In this document: positions 27,427 through 37,236 of the stretch, one piece after another | Numbering within the stretch: the stretch's first letter is position 1 | Layout: every line of letters begins with the position of its first letter | Assembly (NCBI GenBank): GCA_963727805.1 | Contig: CAVSHF010000005.1 | Span: forward strand, 256,001 to 320,000 | From: an uncultured Nitrospiraceae bacterium | GTDB taxonomy: Bacteria; Nitrospirota; Thermodesulfovibrionia; Thermodesulfovibrionales; Dissulfurispiraceae | DNA: 64,000 nt | Direction: 5' to 3' | Position numbers and translations under genes: made by a program | The notes under the pieces: model-generated | What the model saw: the letters and a program-made list of their open reading frames with translations, nothing else | The model's database searches: none | What the model was told of the DNA's origin: nothing

Positions 27427-27995
27427 TGAAGATTCTCGGCATCGACCCGGGAAGTATCAATTGCGGGTACGGCCTCATCGGAGCTGAAGAATCAAGATCC
27501 CCGGGGAGTGCTGGCGGCCAGTCTGCGGGAAGCCGCTGCTTGAAAAGATTGGTCTATATCTCCTCGGGTCGTCTGACTATGGCAGCAACAAAACCTCTTC
27601 ACGAAAGGCTCAGAGAACTTTTCAGGTCACTCACCGATATAATCTCGGAATCATGTCCTGATGAAATCGTCATCGAAAGGATGTTTTTTGCCAAAGGGAT
27701 AAAAGCGGCCCTGAGTCTAGGGCATACTCGCGGAGTTGTCCTTCTTGCTGCCTCGCTCACCGGCACCCCAATTTTTGAATACACTCCACTCGAAGTCAAG
27801 CAAGCGGTGGTCGGCTATGGTAGGGCCGAAAAAAGCCAGGTGCAGAGCATGGTAAGTGAGATACTGAGCATCCATCATCACCTCTCTCCGGATGGTGCGG
27901 ATGCTCTTGCGATTGCTCTCTGTCACGCGAACACACAGGGAACGCTTATAGGACTGGGACGAGACAAACGACAGCTTGGGATTGTAAAGAGATGA
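27426..27995 (+). CDS. ruvC: Holliday junction resolvase
   Basis: ILGIDPG, EYTP.EVK..V.GYG.A.K.QV, DALAIA.CH. Confidence 0.95.
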   Translation: MKILGIDPGSINCGYGLIGAEESRSPGSAGGQSAGSRCLKRLVYISSGRLTMAATKPLHERLRELFRSLTDIISESCPDEIVIERMFFAKGIKAALSLGHTRGVVLLAASLTGTPIFEYTPLEVKQAVVGYGRAEKSQVQSMVSEILSIHHHLSPDGADALAIALCHANTQGTLIGLGRDKRQLGIVKR

Positions 27996-28561
27996 TAGCA
28001 TCTCTGAGAGGACGGCTACTTTCAAAGAGGCCCGATGGCGTGATTGTCGATGTCGGCGGTGTTGGTTATAGCGTCAGTGTTCCGCTCTCGACCCTCGCAT
28101 CGTTGCCCGATGAGGCTTCCGAGGTCTTCCTTTATACACATACCCATGTACGCGAGGACATCCTTCAGCTCTTCGGCTTCCGTAGCGAAGAGGAAAAGAG
28201 AACCTTCACAACCCTGATAGGCGTCTCCGGCATCGGTCCGAAGATCGCCTTGAGTATCCTATCGACAATCCCAGCAGACACCTTTTACGGACTCGTCCAT
28301 TCTGAAGATGTTGAGGCGCTCTGTCGTGTACCGGGACTCGGCAAGAAAACTGCCCAGAGGATCATCCTCGAATTAAGAGAGAAGCTCCCCACAATGAAGG
28401 AAAAGAAGGACGCACTTTATGACGATACGCTCTCTGCCCTTGTGAATCTTGGCTATAAGAAGAACATCGCTCAGGACGCGCTGGACAAAGCATACAACAG
28501 TGGGGCCAGGGATATTGAGAGTTTACTCAAAGAGACATTAAAATATCTTACGAAGGAATGA
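27992..28561 (+). CDS. ruvA: Holliday junction branch migration protein
   Basis: MIASLRG, GVGY, LFGF, GIGPK, VPGLGKKTA. Confidence 0.95.
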   Translation: MIASLRGRLLSKRPDGVIVDVGGVGYSVSVPLSTLASLPDEASEVFLYTHTHVREDILQLFGFRSEEEKRTFTTLIGVSGIGPKIALSILSTIPADTFYGLVHSEDVEALCRVPGLGKKTAQRIILELREKLPTMKEKKDALYDDTLSALVNLGYKKNIAQDALDKAYNSGARDIESLLKETLKYLTKE

Positions 28562-28618
28562 ATTGCAAGGGCAATCACCGTGGTTGCCCCTCCTTGAAAT
28601 TTGAAACAGGTAAAATAA

Positions 28619-29641
28619 ATGAGAGTAGAAGACAGCGGATCGATACCCCTTTCTCCCGAGGTTATCCAAGAAGAGGTCAATTACGAGATCAACTTGCGAC
28701 CGAGGAGCCTTGATGATTTTGTCGGCCAGGCGAAGATCAAAGAAAACCTGAAGGTTTTCATCGACGCGGCACTTATGAGAAAGGAGCCGCTCGATCATGT
28801 CCTCTTTTTTGGCCCTCCTGGACTCGGAAAGACAACCCTTGCCACGATTATCGCCAATGAACTCGGGGTGAATATCAAGACTACTTCCGGCCCCGTTCTC
28901 GAAAGACCGGGAGATCTCGCTGCCATACTCACTAATCTTGCGGACCGCGACATCCTTTTTGTCGATGAGATACACCGGATGTCGAGGGTCGTCGAAGAGG
29001 TCCTTTATCCGGCAATGGAAGATTACAGCCTCGATATCATCATCGGCCAGGGGCCGAATGCCAGGACATTGAAGCTCAATCTGCCCCGGTTCACCCTTGT
29101 TGGCGCAACGACACGCACAGGACTGCTCACCTCTCCGCTCAGGGACCGGTTTGGGGTGATCTGCAGGCTCGAATTCTATGATGGGGGAGACCTGAAAAAG
29201 ATCGCCCATCGTTCCGCCCGTCTACTAGCCATCGAACTTCACGATGACGCAGCCGACGAGATCGCCCGTAGGTCGCGCGGCACACCGAGGATCGCCAACA
29301 GGATACTCAAAAGGATCAGGGATTTCGCTCAGGTGAAGGGTGATGGAATCATCGATATGAAGATAACACGGGAGGCGCTTGATGCGCTCGACGTGGATAC
29401 TATGGGTCTTGATGAAATAGACAGGAAGCTGCTGCTCACAATTATCGAGAAGTTCAACGGAGGCCCCGCCGGCATCGAGGCGATTGCGGCGACTCTCAGG
29501 GAAGACAGGGATACTATCGAGGATGTCTACGAACCTTACCTCCTTCAGGAGGGACTTATCGAGAGGACAGCAAGGGGCAGACTCGCTACACGGCTTGCCT
29601 ATGAGCACCTTGGGAAGAAGATACCTCAAGGGCTCTTCTAA
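28619..29641 (+). CDS. ruvB: Holliday junction branch migration helicase
   Basis: [31 protein letters not shown]. Confidence 0.97.
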   Translation: MRVEDSGSIPLSPEVIQEEVNYEINLRPRSLDDFVGQAKIKENLKVFIDAALMRKEPLDHVLFFGPPGLGKTTLATIIANELGVNIKTTSGPVLERPGDLAAILTNLADRDILFVDEIHRMSRVVEEVLYPAMEDYSLDIIIGQGPNARTLKLNLPRFTLVGATTRTGLLTSPLRDRFGVICRLEFYDGGDLKKIAHRSARLLAIELHDDAADEIARRSRGTPRIANRILKRIRDFAQVKGDGIIDMKITREALDALDVDTMGLDEIDRKLLLTIIEKFNGGPAGIEAIAATLREDRDTIEDVYEPYLLQEGLIERTARGRLATRLAYEHLGKKIPQGLF

Positions 29642-29652
29642 GGATACTATTA

Positions 29653-30207
29653 GTGAAGATCGTAATGCATATGTGCTGTGCCAGTTGCGCCATCTATCCT
29701 GTCCAGACACTTCAGTTGCGAGGTTTCGACATAAAGGGCTTATGGTTCAACCCCAACATTCATCCCTATCTTGAATACAAAAACAGGCTCACTGCACTCA
29801 GGAAACTCCAGAGTCTGTGGGACCTCGATATCGACTATGATGACAATTATGGACTAAAAGAGTTTCTGAGAAGCGTCGTCAATAATGAAGATGCCCGGTG
29901 TGATTATTGCTACACGGTAAGGCTGGATCGGACTGCGGCCAAGGCAAAGGCATTAAAGGCCGATGCCTTCACAACCTCTTTGCTGGTAAGCCCCTACCAG
30001 AATCTTGATATGATAAGAGCGAGAGGGATCGATCTTCAAAACAAATATTCAGTCGAATTTTATTTTGAGGATTTCCGGGCAGGTTTCAAAGAAGGGCGTA
30101 GAATCGCCGGGGACCTTGACATCTACCGACAGAAATATTGCGGCTGTATCTATTCGGAAATGGAGAGGTTCAAAAAAGAGACATCAGGAGCCAGAAGAGA
30201 AAGGTAA
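29653..30207 (+). CDS. queH: Epoxyqueuosine reductase (DUF208)
   Basis: HMCCASC, NPNIHP..EY..R, RC.YC, YRQKYCGC. Confidence 0.9.
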   Translation: MKIVMHMCCASCAIYPVQTLQLRGFDIKGLWFNPNIHPYLEYKNRLTALRKLQSLWDLDIDYDDNYGLKEFLRSVVNNEDARCDYCYTVRLDRTAAKAKALKADAFTTSLLVSPYQNLDMIRARGIDLQNKYSVEFYFEDFRAGFKEGRRIAGDLDIYRQKYCGCIYSEMERFKKETSGARRER

Positions 30208-30208
30208 T

Positions 30209-30424
30209 ATGGAACAATTCGGAAAAATATTAATAAGCATGGGTGCTATAACTATAGTTCTCGGAACGTTTTTATATGTATCCGGCAAAATCCCCTGGAT
30301 AGGTCGTTTGCCCGGAGATATCATTGTTCACAAAAAGAATTTCACTTTCTATTTCCCGATCGCCACGAGCATTCTACTGAGTCTTCTGATTACCCTTATT
30401 TTATGGTTTATTGGGAGGAAGTGA
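30209..30424 (+). CDS. DUF2905 family membrane protein
   Basis: GRLPGDI...FYFPI.TSILLS. Confidence 0.85.
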   Translation: MEQFGKILISMGAITIVLGTFLYVSGKIPWIGRLPGDIIVHKKNFTFYFPIATSILLSLLITLILWFIGRK

Positions 30425-31453
30425 ATGGCAATAACACAGAAGTCGGAAGTCAGCACTAAGTTAATTGTCTCTGCTCTCTGTTCTCTGCTCTCTGTTCTTT
30501 GTTTATTCCCAACCTGTTGCTTGGCTGAGCCAAGTATAAGGGTTTTGCTCATGGACGATAAAGAGTTCAATGTGCCCACCAGAGATGAGCGTTTAACTCG
30601 GGTTGGCAATACCGCAGGCGACGTCCTTCTTAGCGGGATAAAATATTCCGGAGAAATCGAGGTTTGGAAGGGCGAGAAGGGTCTTTATGTTATCAACGAT
30701 ATCCCGCTCGAAGAGTATGTCAGGGGAGTTGTGGCGGCCGAAGTTGGGAAAAACTGGGACATCGAAGCCTTGAAGGCCCAAGCCGTAGTGGCTAGGACCT
30801 ACGCCGTTTATCAAAGGCTTAACTCGCCCAGTGGTATGCCTTATCACCTTACCTCTACGGTCCTCGACCAAGTCTATAAGGGATCGAACATATTGCCCAA
30901 TATCGTGATGGCAGTTGAGGGAACGAAGGGGGAAATATTGACGTATGGAGGAAAGCCGATCATCGCTTTTTATCATTCAACAAGCGGCGGTATGACCGAG
31001 GATGCCGCGGAGGTCTTTGGTAAAGACCTCCCCTATCTGAAGCCGGTCAAGACGAACTGCGAACTATCCCCCTATTACATGTGGGAAAAGATCATTCCCG
31101 TCGCAGAGATCGAAAAAGCCCTTGAGGTGCAGGGGATAAAGCAGATAAGTATTAGTTCTTACACGTCTTCTGGACGCGCAAAGGAAATAAAGATTACCCT
31201 GGAAACCGGATCCTCCGCCATGCCGGCGACTGAGCTGAGGAAAAAACTCGGGTGGGAGCGGCTCCCGAGCACATTGATTACCGGGATTTCGAGAAATAAC
31301 AGCTTGGCGGTCTTTGAAGGCCGAGGATACGGGCACGGTGTCGGTATGTGCCAGTGGAGCGCTCTGCAGATGGCGAAGGAAGGGAAAACCTATCGGCAGA
31401 TACTCTCATATTTCTACCCAGGCACCATTATCCAAATTTATGAAGACCGCTGA
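30425..31453 (+). CDS. SpoIID/LytB family lytic transglycosylase-like protein
   Basis: LEEYV.GVV.AE, ALKAQAV.ARTY, DQVY.G, GYGHGVGMCQW.A. Confidence 0.9.
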   Translation: MAITQKSEVSTKLIVSALCSLLSVLCLFPTCCLAEPSIRVLLMDDKEFNVPTRDERLTRVGNTAGDVLLSGIKYSGEIEVWKGEKGLYVINDIPLEEYVRGVVAAEVGKNWDIEALKAQAVVARTYAVYQRLNSPSGMPYHLTSTVLDQVYKGSNILPNIVMAVEGTKGEILTYGGKPIIAFYHSTSGGMTEDAAEVFGKDLPYLKPVKTNCELSPYYMWEKIIPVAEIEKALEVQGIKQISISSYTSSGRAKEIKITLETGSSAMPATELRKKLGWERLPSTLITGISRNNSLAVFEGRGYGHGVGMCQWSALQMAKEGKTYRQILSYFYPGTIIQIYEDR

Positions 31454-32486
31454 CTTCGAGTTTAGTCTGCCCTGTGAACTCATCGCATTGCGACCCGCAC
31501 CACGAAGGGACCTTTCTCGACTCCTGATTCTTCGGAGGGATGGGAGAACTGAACACAGGACGTTTACCGATATCGGGGACTATCTGACATACGGGGATCT
31601 TCTCATTCTCAATAACACGAAAGTCATACCGGTTAGGCTTATCGGATCAAAACCCTCGGGAAGCAAAATCGATATCATTCTTGTCAACGAATTTAAAGAC
31701 GGGTTCTGGGAAGTCCTCTGCAGGGGCCACTACGCAGGTCCGGTATATCTCCGAGACGGTATAGAAGCTGAACTATTATTCGAAGACTCTCGGCCTACCG
31801 GCGGCGAAAAGAAAAAATGCCTAAGGTTCCTTAATGCGGGAGCAAAGCACATCGACGAACTGCTGGAGCGTTGTGGTTCGATGCCCCTGCCCCCCTATAT
31901 TAAGCGACTGCCTGATGATGAAGACAGGGAGAGATACCAGACGGTCTATGCAGAAAAGACCGGTTCAATTGCCGCCCCGACAGCGGGTCTTCACTTCACC
32001 GACGATTTACTTAAAGGTCTCTCTGAAAAGGGAGTTAGAATACGGAGACTCACCCTGCACGTCGGCCCTGGCACATTCAAACCTATTAAGGCCGCGCACC
32101 TTAGGCATCATGCCATGCTCTCCGAGTATTTTGAGATCCGCACCGAACTTCTCAGCGAGATTGAGCATACAAAAAAATCCGCTAAAAGGGTTATTACCGT
32201 TGGCACAACCGCGACTAGGGCGCTTGAGGGATTCCTAAGCGGGAACTATCAGGCGACCGAGAACGAAGACGGCACTATCAGGGGCTATACGGATATTTTT
32301 ATACATCCAGGCTACCAGTTCATGGGGGCAGATGCACTGTTAACTAATTTCCATCTTCCCCGGTCGACTCCGCTCATTCTCGCTTCAGCGTTCAGCGGCT
32401 TCGAAAAACTTATGCAGGCTTACGGTGAGGCAATCTCCATGGGTTATAGATTTTTTTCCTATGGTGATGCTATGCTGATTTTATGA
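31440..32486 (+). CDS. queA: S-adenosylmethionine:tRNA ribosyltransferase-isomerase
   Basis: PLPPYI.R, YQTVYA, AAPTAGLHF, TNFHLP.S, YRFFSYGDAM. Confidence 0.95.
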   Translation: MKTADFEFSLPCELIALRPAPRRDLSRLLILRRDGRTEHRTFTDIGDYLTYGDLLILNNTKVIPVRLIGSKPSGSKIDIILVNEFKDGFWEVLCRGHYAGPVYLRDGIEAELLFEDSRPTGGEKKKCLRFLNAGAKHIDELLERCGSMPLPPYIKRLPDDEDRERYQTVYAEKTGSIAAPTAGLHFTDDLLKGLSEKGVRIRRLTLHVGPGTFKPIKAAHLRHHAMLSEYFEIRTELLSEIEHTKKSAKRVITVGTTATRALEGFLSGNYQATENEDGTIRGYTDIFIHPGYQFMGADALLTNFHLPRSTPLILASAFSGFEKLMQAYGEAISMGYRFFSYGDAMLIL

Positions 32487-33310
32487 AGGAAAAGGGCAGC
32501 GAAGCGTCGTCCTCTTCTTTGGTGATTGTGAGCAGGAGGATGCTGATCGCCTGCATCGCAGGTATTTCCCTTTTCAGCTTCGGTCTTGGGTATTTTTTTG
32601 GCTATGGCAGCAGCTCCACAAATAAAGTGGTGAAGCAGGTCGAGGCAGACAACAAGATCGCCGCCTCCGAAGAGAGGACAGTTCTTGATGCCTCAGGAAA
32701 GCCGACCATGGTGGCTCCCCAAGTCATTCCGAGTGCCGTGTCAAAGGAGCCGCCGTTGAAGCCGGGGATAGATGAAGGGAGCAAAACCCTCTCGAAGGGA
32801 TCCGAGGAAACAGAAAAACAGAAGAAGCTCTCCGGCCCACCAGTGCCGGAAAAAAACAGTGAAAGTCTGTTGAAGAAAGAAGTGGCAGAGTCTGAAAAGA
32901 AAACTGAAAAGAGTACTGAGAAAAAGCCTGAGCATAAGCAAAAAATCGGTACGAACGACAAGCCCCATAAAGAGCGGAGCCAGTCTGTAGCAAAAGCAAA
33001 GAAACGGGAAGTGCCTCCGCCGGTTAAAAAGCTAACTGCAAAATGGGCAAAGGGAAACGCGCAGAAGGTTTATGCACTCCAGGTTGGTGCCTTTCAGGAT
33101 CCCAAAAAGGCAGAACGTCTTAAGAAGGACCTTGGTGCCAAGGGGTACACAGTGTCGATCACCACTGTTTCCTCGAAGTCCGGCAAGACTTTTTCGAGGG
33201 TGCGGCTCGGTCCTTATGTGACTAAGAAGGAAGCAGAAGAAATTCAATCGAACCTTAAGGGCCAGGGTATGGAAGGTGTCGTCTTCCCCGGCGCCAAATA
33301 CCAGCGATAG
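32483..33310 (+). CDS. SPOR domain protein (single TM, Lys/Glu-rich linker; FtsN/DedD-like)
   Basis: YALQVGAF...A...L..KGY...RVRLGPY. Confidence 0.85.
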   Translation: MKEKGSEASSSSLVIVSRRMLIACIAGISLFSFGLGYFFGYGSSSTNKVVKQVEADNKIAASEERTVLDASGKPTMVAPQVIPSAVSKEPPLKPGIDEGSKTLSKGSEETEKQKKLSGPPVPEKNSESLLKKEVAESEKKTEKSTEKKPEHKQKIGTNDKPHKERSQSVAKAKKREVPPPVKKLTAKWAKGNAQKVYALQVGAFQDPKKAERLKKDLGAKGYTVSITTVSSKSGKTFSRVRLGPYVTKKEAEEIQSNLKGQGMEGVVFPGAKYQR

Positions 33311-34295
33311 GCTGCCTACGGAGGCATTTACGAAAACGATCGAATGGGAACTTGACCAGGAAAAGGAATATCCCTTTATCCACGGCGGAGCCGACAAGGT
33401 TTTAAAATCAGTTGAAGAATCATTGGGCGTTACGATCAGTATCAGGGGCAGCAAGCTCCTTATTAACGGTGACGACGGACCTGTCGCAAAGGCCGAGAGA
33501 CTTGTCAGTGAAATCCGCGAGGTCAACAGGAATGGTTACACGCTGCGGCCCGAGGACGTGACGTATGCCGTCAGGTCAATATCCGAAGGCAAAGAGGTGT
33601 CGATCAAGGAACTCTTTTCAAGCAGCATTCCTGTCTCTTCGAAAAAGCGCTTTATAATTCCGAAAACTGAAACACAGAGGCTATACATAGACGCAATTAA
33701 CAGAAGCGATATAGTCTTTGGTATTGGGCCCGCCGGCACCGGCAAGACATATCTCGCGATGGCAATGGCCATCAGCGCCTTTCTCCAGAAGCAGGTATCG
33801 AGGATCGTGCTCGTGCGGCCCGCGGTCGAGGCGGGGGAAAAGCTCGGATTTCTGCCCGGCGACATCGCTGATAAGGTCAGCCCGTATTTGAGGCCGCTTT
33901 ATGACGCACTGTTCGACATGATGGATATCGACAAGGCTTTGAAGCTTATTGAGAGGGGCACTATCGAAATCGCCCCCTTGGCATTCATGAGGGGAAGAAC
34001 CCTAAACGACTCTTTCATTATCCTCGATGAGGCGCAGAACACCACATCCGAGCAGATGAAGATGTATCTGACGAGGCTCGGTTTCGGGTCAAAGACCGTT
34101 ATCACTGGCGACATCACCCAGATAGATCTTCCTGCAGGAAGGATGTCCGGTCTTATAGAAGCTGTCAAGATACTCAGGGATGAAGAAGACATCAGGATCA
34201 TAAATTTCACCGAGCGGGATGTAGTACGGCATAGGCTGGTGCAAAAAATCGTCCAAGCCTATGAACGATATGAACAACGGAACCAAGAAGAGTAG
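33276..34295 (+). CDS. phoH: PhoH-like ATPase (start uncertain)
   Basis: GPAGTGKTYLA, RPAVEAGE.LGFLPG, RGRTL, DEAQN, GDITQ.DL. Confidence 0.93.
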   Translation: MSSSPAPNTSDRLPTEAFTKTIEWELDQEKEYPFIHGGADKVLKSVEESLGVTISIRGSKLLINGDDGPVAKAERLVSEIREVNRNGYTLRPEDVTYAVRSISEGKEVSIKELFSSSIPVSSKKRFIIPKTETQRLYIDAINRSDIVFGIGPAGTGKTYLAMAMAISAFLQKQVSRIVLVRPAVEAGEKLGFLPGDIADKVSPYLRPLYDALFDMMDIDKALKLIERGTIEIAPLAFMRGRTLNDSFIILDEAQNTTSEQMKMYLTRLGFGSKTVITGDITQIDLPAGRMSGLIEAVKILRDEEDIRIINFTERDVVRHRLVQKIVQAYERYEQRNQEE

Positions 34296-35835
34296 CGCAC
34301 CGCGCACAGCCAAAAACATTCTTGCAGCCCTAATCGGATTGAAAGAGAAATATGCCGCGCAGTCAGCTAGCGTATCCTTTCTGACCGTTCTTGGACTCTT
34401 GTCGGCCCTCATCATTCAGGAAGAGGTCAATCTCAGCTTTTTTGCGGGCAGTTTTCTCATGTCGGTTGCCGTCTATTTTATCTTCTTCAAGGACATCAAA
34501 CGCTATAAGCCAGCATACATCAATGAGCGCAAGATGGTCTATCTCCTGGGGCTGCTCCTTATATCTACGCTTCTTACGGGGAGAATCTTCGCCTTTCTTA
34601 ACGCCGGACTCAGCAGGGGCCTTGGCTTCCCTGACAGTATTGCTACCATGCTCGGCACACCAATCCCTGTCGGCGCTATGCTTGTGGCGCTTATCTTTGA
34701 TTTTCACACAGCCCTTATCTTCTCCCTTTTAATAAGCCTTCTCACAGGGGTCTGGTTCCATAATCCGTTCCTCCCCGTGTACGTTTTTATAAGCAGTCTC
34801 ACTGCGGCCTTTAGCGTTATGAGGTGCAAAAAGAGATCGGCACTCATCAAGGGCGGGTTCTATGTAAGCATGGTCAACATTGTAATAGCTGGAATAATAC
34901 TCCTGCTGACATCCCAGCTCTTTTCCACTGTTGCTCCTGCCGCGATATTTTTTGCGGCCATATCGGGTTTTTTTGTTGCTGCAATCGCATCCATAATGCT
35001 GCCGATCATCGAATATTTTTTCGGAATCAGCACCGATATGAGCCTACTGGAACTTCTCGACCTGGGACAGCCGCTCATGCGAAATCTGATGATCAACGCA
35101 CCGGGAACGTACCATCACAGTATAATTGTCGGCAACCTCGCCGAGGCGGCGGCGGAAGCAGTTGGCGCCAATCCACTCCTTGCCAGGGTAACGGCGTATT
35201 ACCATGATATTGGGAAGGTTAAGATGTCCGAATATTTTGTCGAGAACCAGCAGGGAGGGTTCAGCAAACATGAGCGCCTCGCGCCGCATATGAGTGGGTT
35301 GATACTCGTCGCCCATGTAAAGGAAGGCGTCGAACTGGCCAGGCAGTTTAAGCTTCCAAAGTCTGTTGTCGACATAATTCAACAACACCACGGAACGAGA
35401 TTGATGAGTTTTTTTTATCAGAAAGCCAAGGACCAGACTGGGGCAGTTATTGAAGAAGAATACCGCTATCCTGGGCCAAAACCACAGACGAGAGTTGCGG
35501 CACTTGTGATGATGGCCGATGCTGTTGAGGCAGCAGCACGAGCATTGACAGATCCGACGCCGGCGAGGATTAGTGCCCTCGTTGAAAAGATTATCAACGA
35601 GATATTCCTCGATGGCCAGATAGACGAATGCGAGCTTACGCTTAAAGACATTTCTGAGATAAAGAAGCGGTTTACCTATGTCCTCATAAGTATTTTTCAC
35701 AAAAGAATTGAGTATCCGGATATCGAGCCCAAGGGCACGCATCACCGTTCTGTACAGAATACGGACAAGCACACCAATAGTAATGGAAATAGCGGTAAAG
35801 AACTGCCAAAGATCGATAAGAATAAATCCCGCTAG
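34261..35835 (+). CDS. Membrane HD (HDIG) phosphohydrolase, PgpH/7TM-HD-like
   Basis: Multiple TMs; APGTYHHS, YHDIGK, QHHGT, YPGPKP, MADAVEA. Confidence 0.9.
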   Translation: MNDMNNGTKKSSAPRTAKNILAALIGLKEKYAAQSASVSFLTVLGLLSALIIQEEVNLSFFAGSFLMSVAVYFIFFKDIKRYKPAYINERKMVYLLGLLLISTLLTGRIFAFLNAGLSRGLGFPDSIATMLGTPIPVGAMLVALIFDFHTALIFSLLISLLTGVWFHNPFLPVYVFISSLTAAFSVMRCKKRSALIKGGFYVSMVNIVIAGIILLLTSQLFSTVAPAAIFFAAISGFFVAAIASIMLPIIEYFFGISTDMSLLELLDLGQPLMRNLMINAPGTYHHSIIVGNLAEAAAEAVGANPLLARVTAYYHDIGKVKMSEYFVENQQGGFSKHERLAPHMSGLILVAHVKEGVELARQFKLPKSVVDIIQQHHGTRLMSFFYQKAKDQTGAVIEEEYRYPGPKPQTRVAALVMMADAVEAAARALTDPTPARISALVEKIINEIFLDGQIDECELTLKDISEIKKRFTYVLISIFHKRIEYPDIEPKGTHHRSVQNTDKHTNSNGNSGKELPKIDKNKSR

Positions 35836-36280
35836 CATCAAGCGGGTTGTGGAATCCGCCATCAGGCATCTCTCCTCCGGGAAAAGAATACGAGGACGCA
35901 ACCTCGCTTCTGGCGTTTCCTTTGATCCTGCAAAGGCAGTTGTCAGCGTGCTACTTGTCGGGGATAGGAGAATGAGGGAAATGAACATGGCATACCGTGG
36001 TATCCACCGAACTACGGACGTGCTCTCCTTCTCTCAACTCGAAGGTCCCTTGTCGCAGCATGAATCGGCAGAACTCGGAGACATCGTCATCAGTCCCGCA
36101 CAGGCAAAACGGCAAGCTGGTGAAAGGGGAACAACATTTGATCAAGAGCTTGTGCTGCTCCTGCTACATGGCCTGCTCCATCTGATGGGCTATGATCACG
36201 AGAAGAATCGATACCAGGCTGAGAAGATGAGAGAGAAGGAGGCGGATCTGCTCCATGCCATTCAGAAAGTGGTTCGATAG
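35783..36280 (+). CDS. ybeY: rRNA maturation endoribonuclease
   Basis: TDVLSF, LGDIVIS, HGLLHLMGYDH. Confidence 0.93.
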   Translation: MEIAVKNCQRSIRINPASIKRVVESAIRHLSSGKRIRGRNLASGVSFDPAKAVVSVLLVGDRRMREMNMAYRGIHRTTDVLSFSQLEGPLSQHESAELGDIVISPAQAKRQAGERGTTFDQELVLLLLHGLLHLMGYDHEKNRYQAEKMREKEADLLHAIQKVVR

Positions 36281-36953
36281 CGCGAATAACGCAATAGAGG
36301 GGGTACTTTACGCTGCTAAGACCCAGCGGCACTTGAGGTATCATCTCTATTCCGCTGTCACCGTTCTTATCCTGAGTTATTTCCTCGGTGTCCAGCGCCA
36401 TGATTTCCTGATCATCGCGGCAACGGTTATCCTCGTGCTACTGGCCGAAATGATGAATACCGCCATCGAATTCCTTGTGGATATGGTCTCTCCCGACTAT
36501 AGCGAAAAGGCGAGAATTGCGAAAGACGTGGCCGCAGGAGCGGTGCTGATTACTGCATTCGGCGCTGTCGTTATTGGCTACATCATCCTCTTCCCTTATG
36601 TGCATGACGCATTCGATTCGGGAGTGTATATCGCCAAGCATAGCTCCAACGAGATCGCCCTTATCTCTTTGATCATCGTTTTGATCCTTGTGGTCATGCT
36701 GAAAGCGCGCTTCGGAAAGGGCCATCCCTTGCGTGGCGGCATGCCGAGCGGCCATAGTGCCCTCGCCTTTGCTCTCTGGTCAGCCCTTACTCTTATAACG
36801 CAGAATTTTTCAGCATCCCTCATCGGATTTGTGCTGGCTGCAATTGTTGCCCAGAGCAGAATTGCAACCAAGGTACACACCCCTTTGGAGGTCGTAACGG
36901 GAGCTCTACTTGGCATGGGCGTAACCTTGCTGCTATTCGTAGTCTTCCGGTAG
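36255..36953 (+). CDS. dgkA: Diacylglycerol/undecaprenol kinase fused to a PAP2 domain
   Basis: E.MNTAIE..VD, AKDVAAGAV; C-terminal GGMPSGHSA, SR...VH. Confidence 0.88.
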   Translation: MPFRKWFDSANNAIEGVLYAAKTQRHLRYHLYSAVTVLILSYFLGVQRHDFLIIAATVILVLLAEMMNTAIEFLVDMVSPDYSEKARIAKDVAAGAVLITAFGAVVIGYIILFPYVHDAFDSGVYIAKHSSNEIALISLIIVLILVVMLKARFGKGHPLRGGMPSGHSALAFALWSALTLITQNFSASLIGFVLAAIVAQSRIATKVHTPLEVVTGALLGMGVTLLLFVVFR

Positions 36954-37236
36954 ATAGGTCCCCAGATACGACCAAGATACTAACGGCTGGGCGTGAATAT
37001 GGTGGATAAACGAGTTGCAGTGTTGCCGGCCGTTGCTTGAACATGCGTAGCTAACCCGGCACCCTCGATAGCTCGACGCAGTGCCGACAAATGATGCCTG
37101 ATCATAAAATCCGTTGCAAGAGAGAAGATTGTAATAGCAGATCGAATAGATCAACTCTAAAATAATTTCGGCAAGCGAAAGAATTCCATTGAAAAGATAT
37201 CCCACTCCCTTCATAAATAGAACCGCTGATAACCAA

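Noticed and set aside
35044..35988. 314-aa antisense ORF (also 53716-54462, 28538-29209 and similar)
   Set aside because: They lie opposite well-supported core genes and have no motifs; treated as shadow ORFs
36933..37214. 93-aa minus-strand ORF downstream of the response regulator
   Set aside because: No recognisable motif, it overlaps the dgkA end, and it most likely reflects junction sequence of the inserted block
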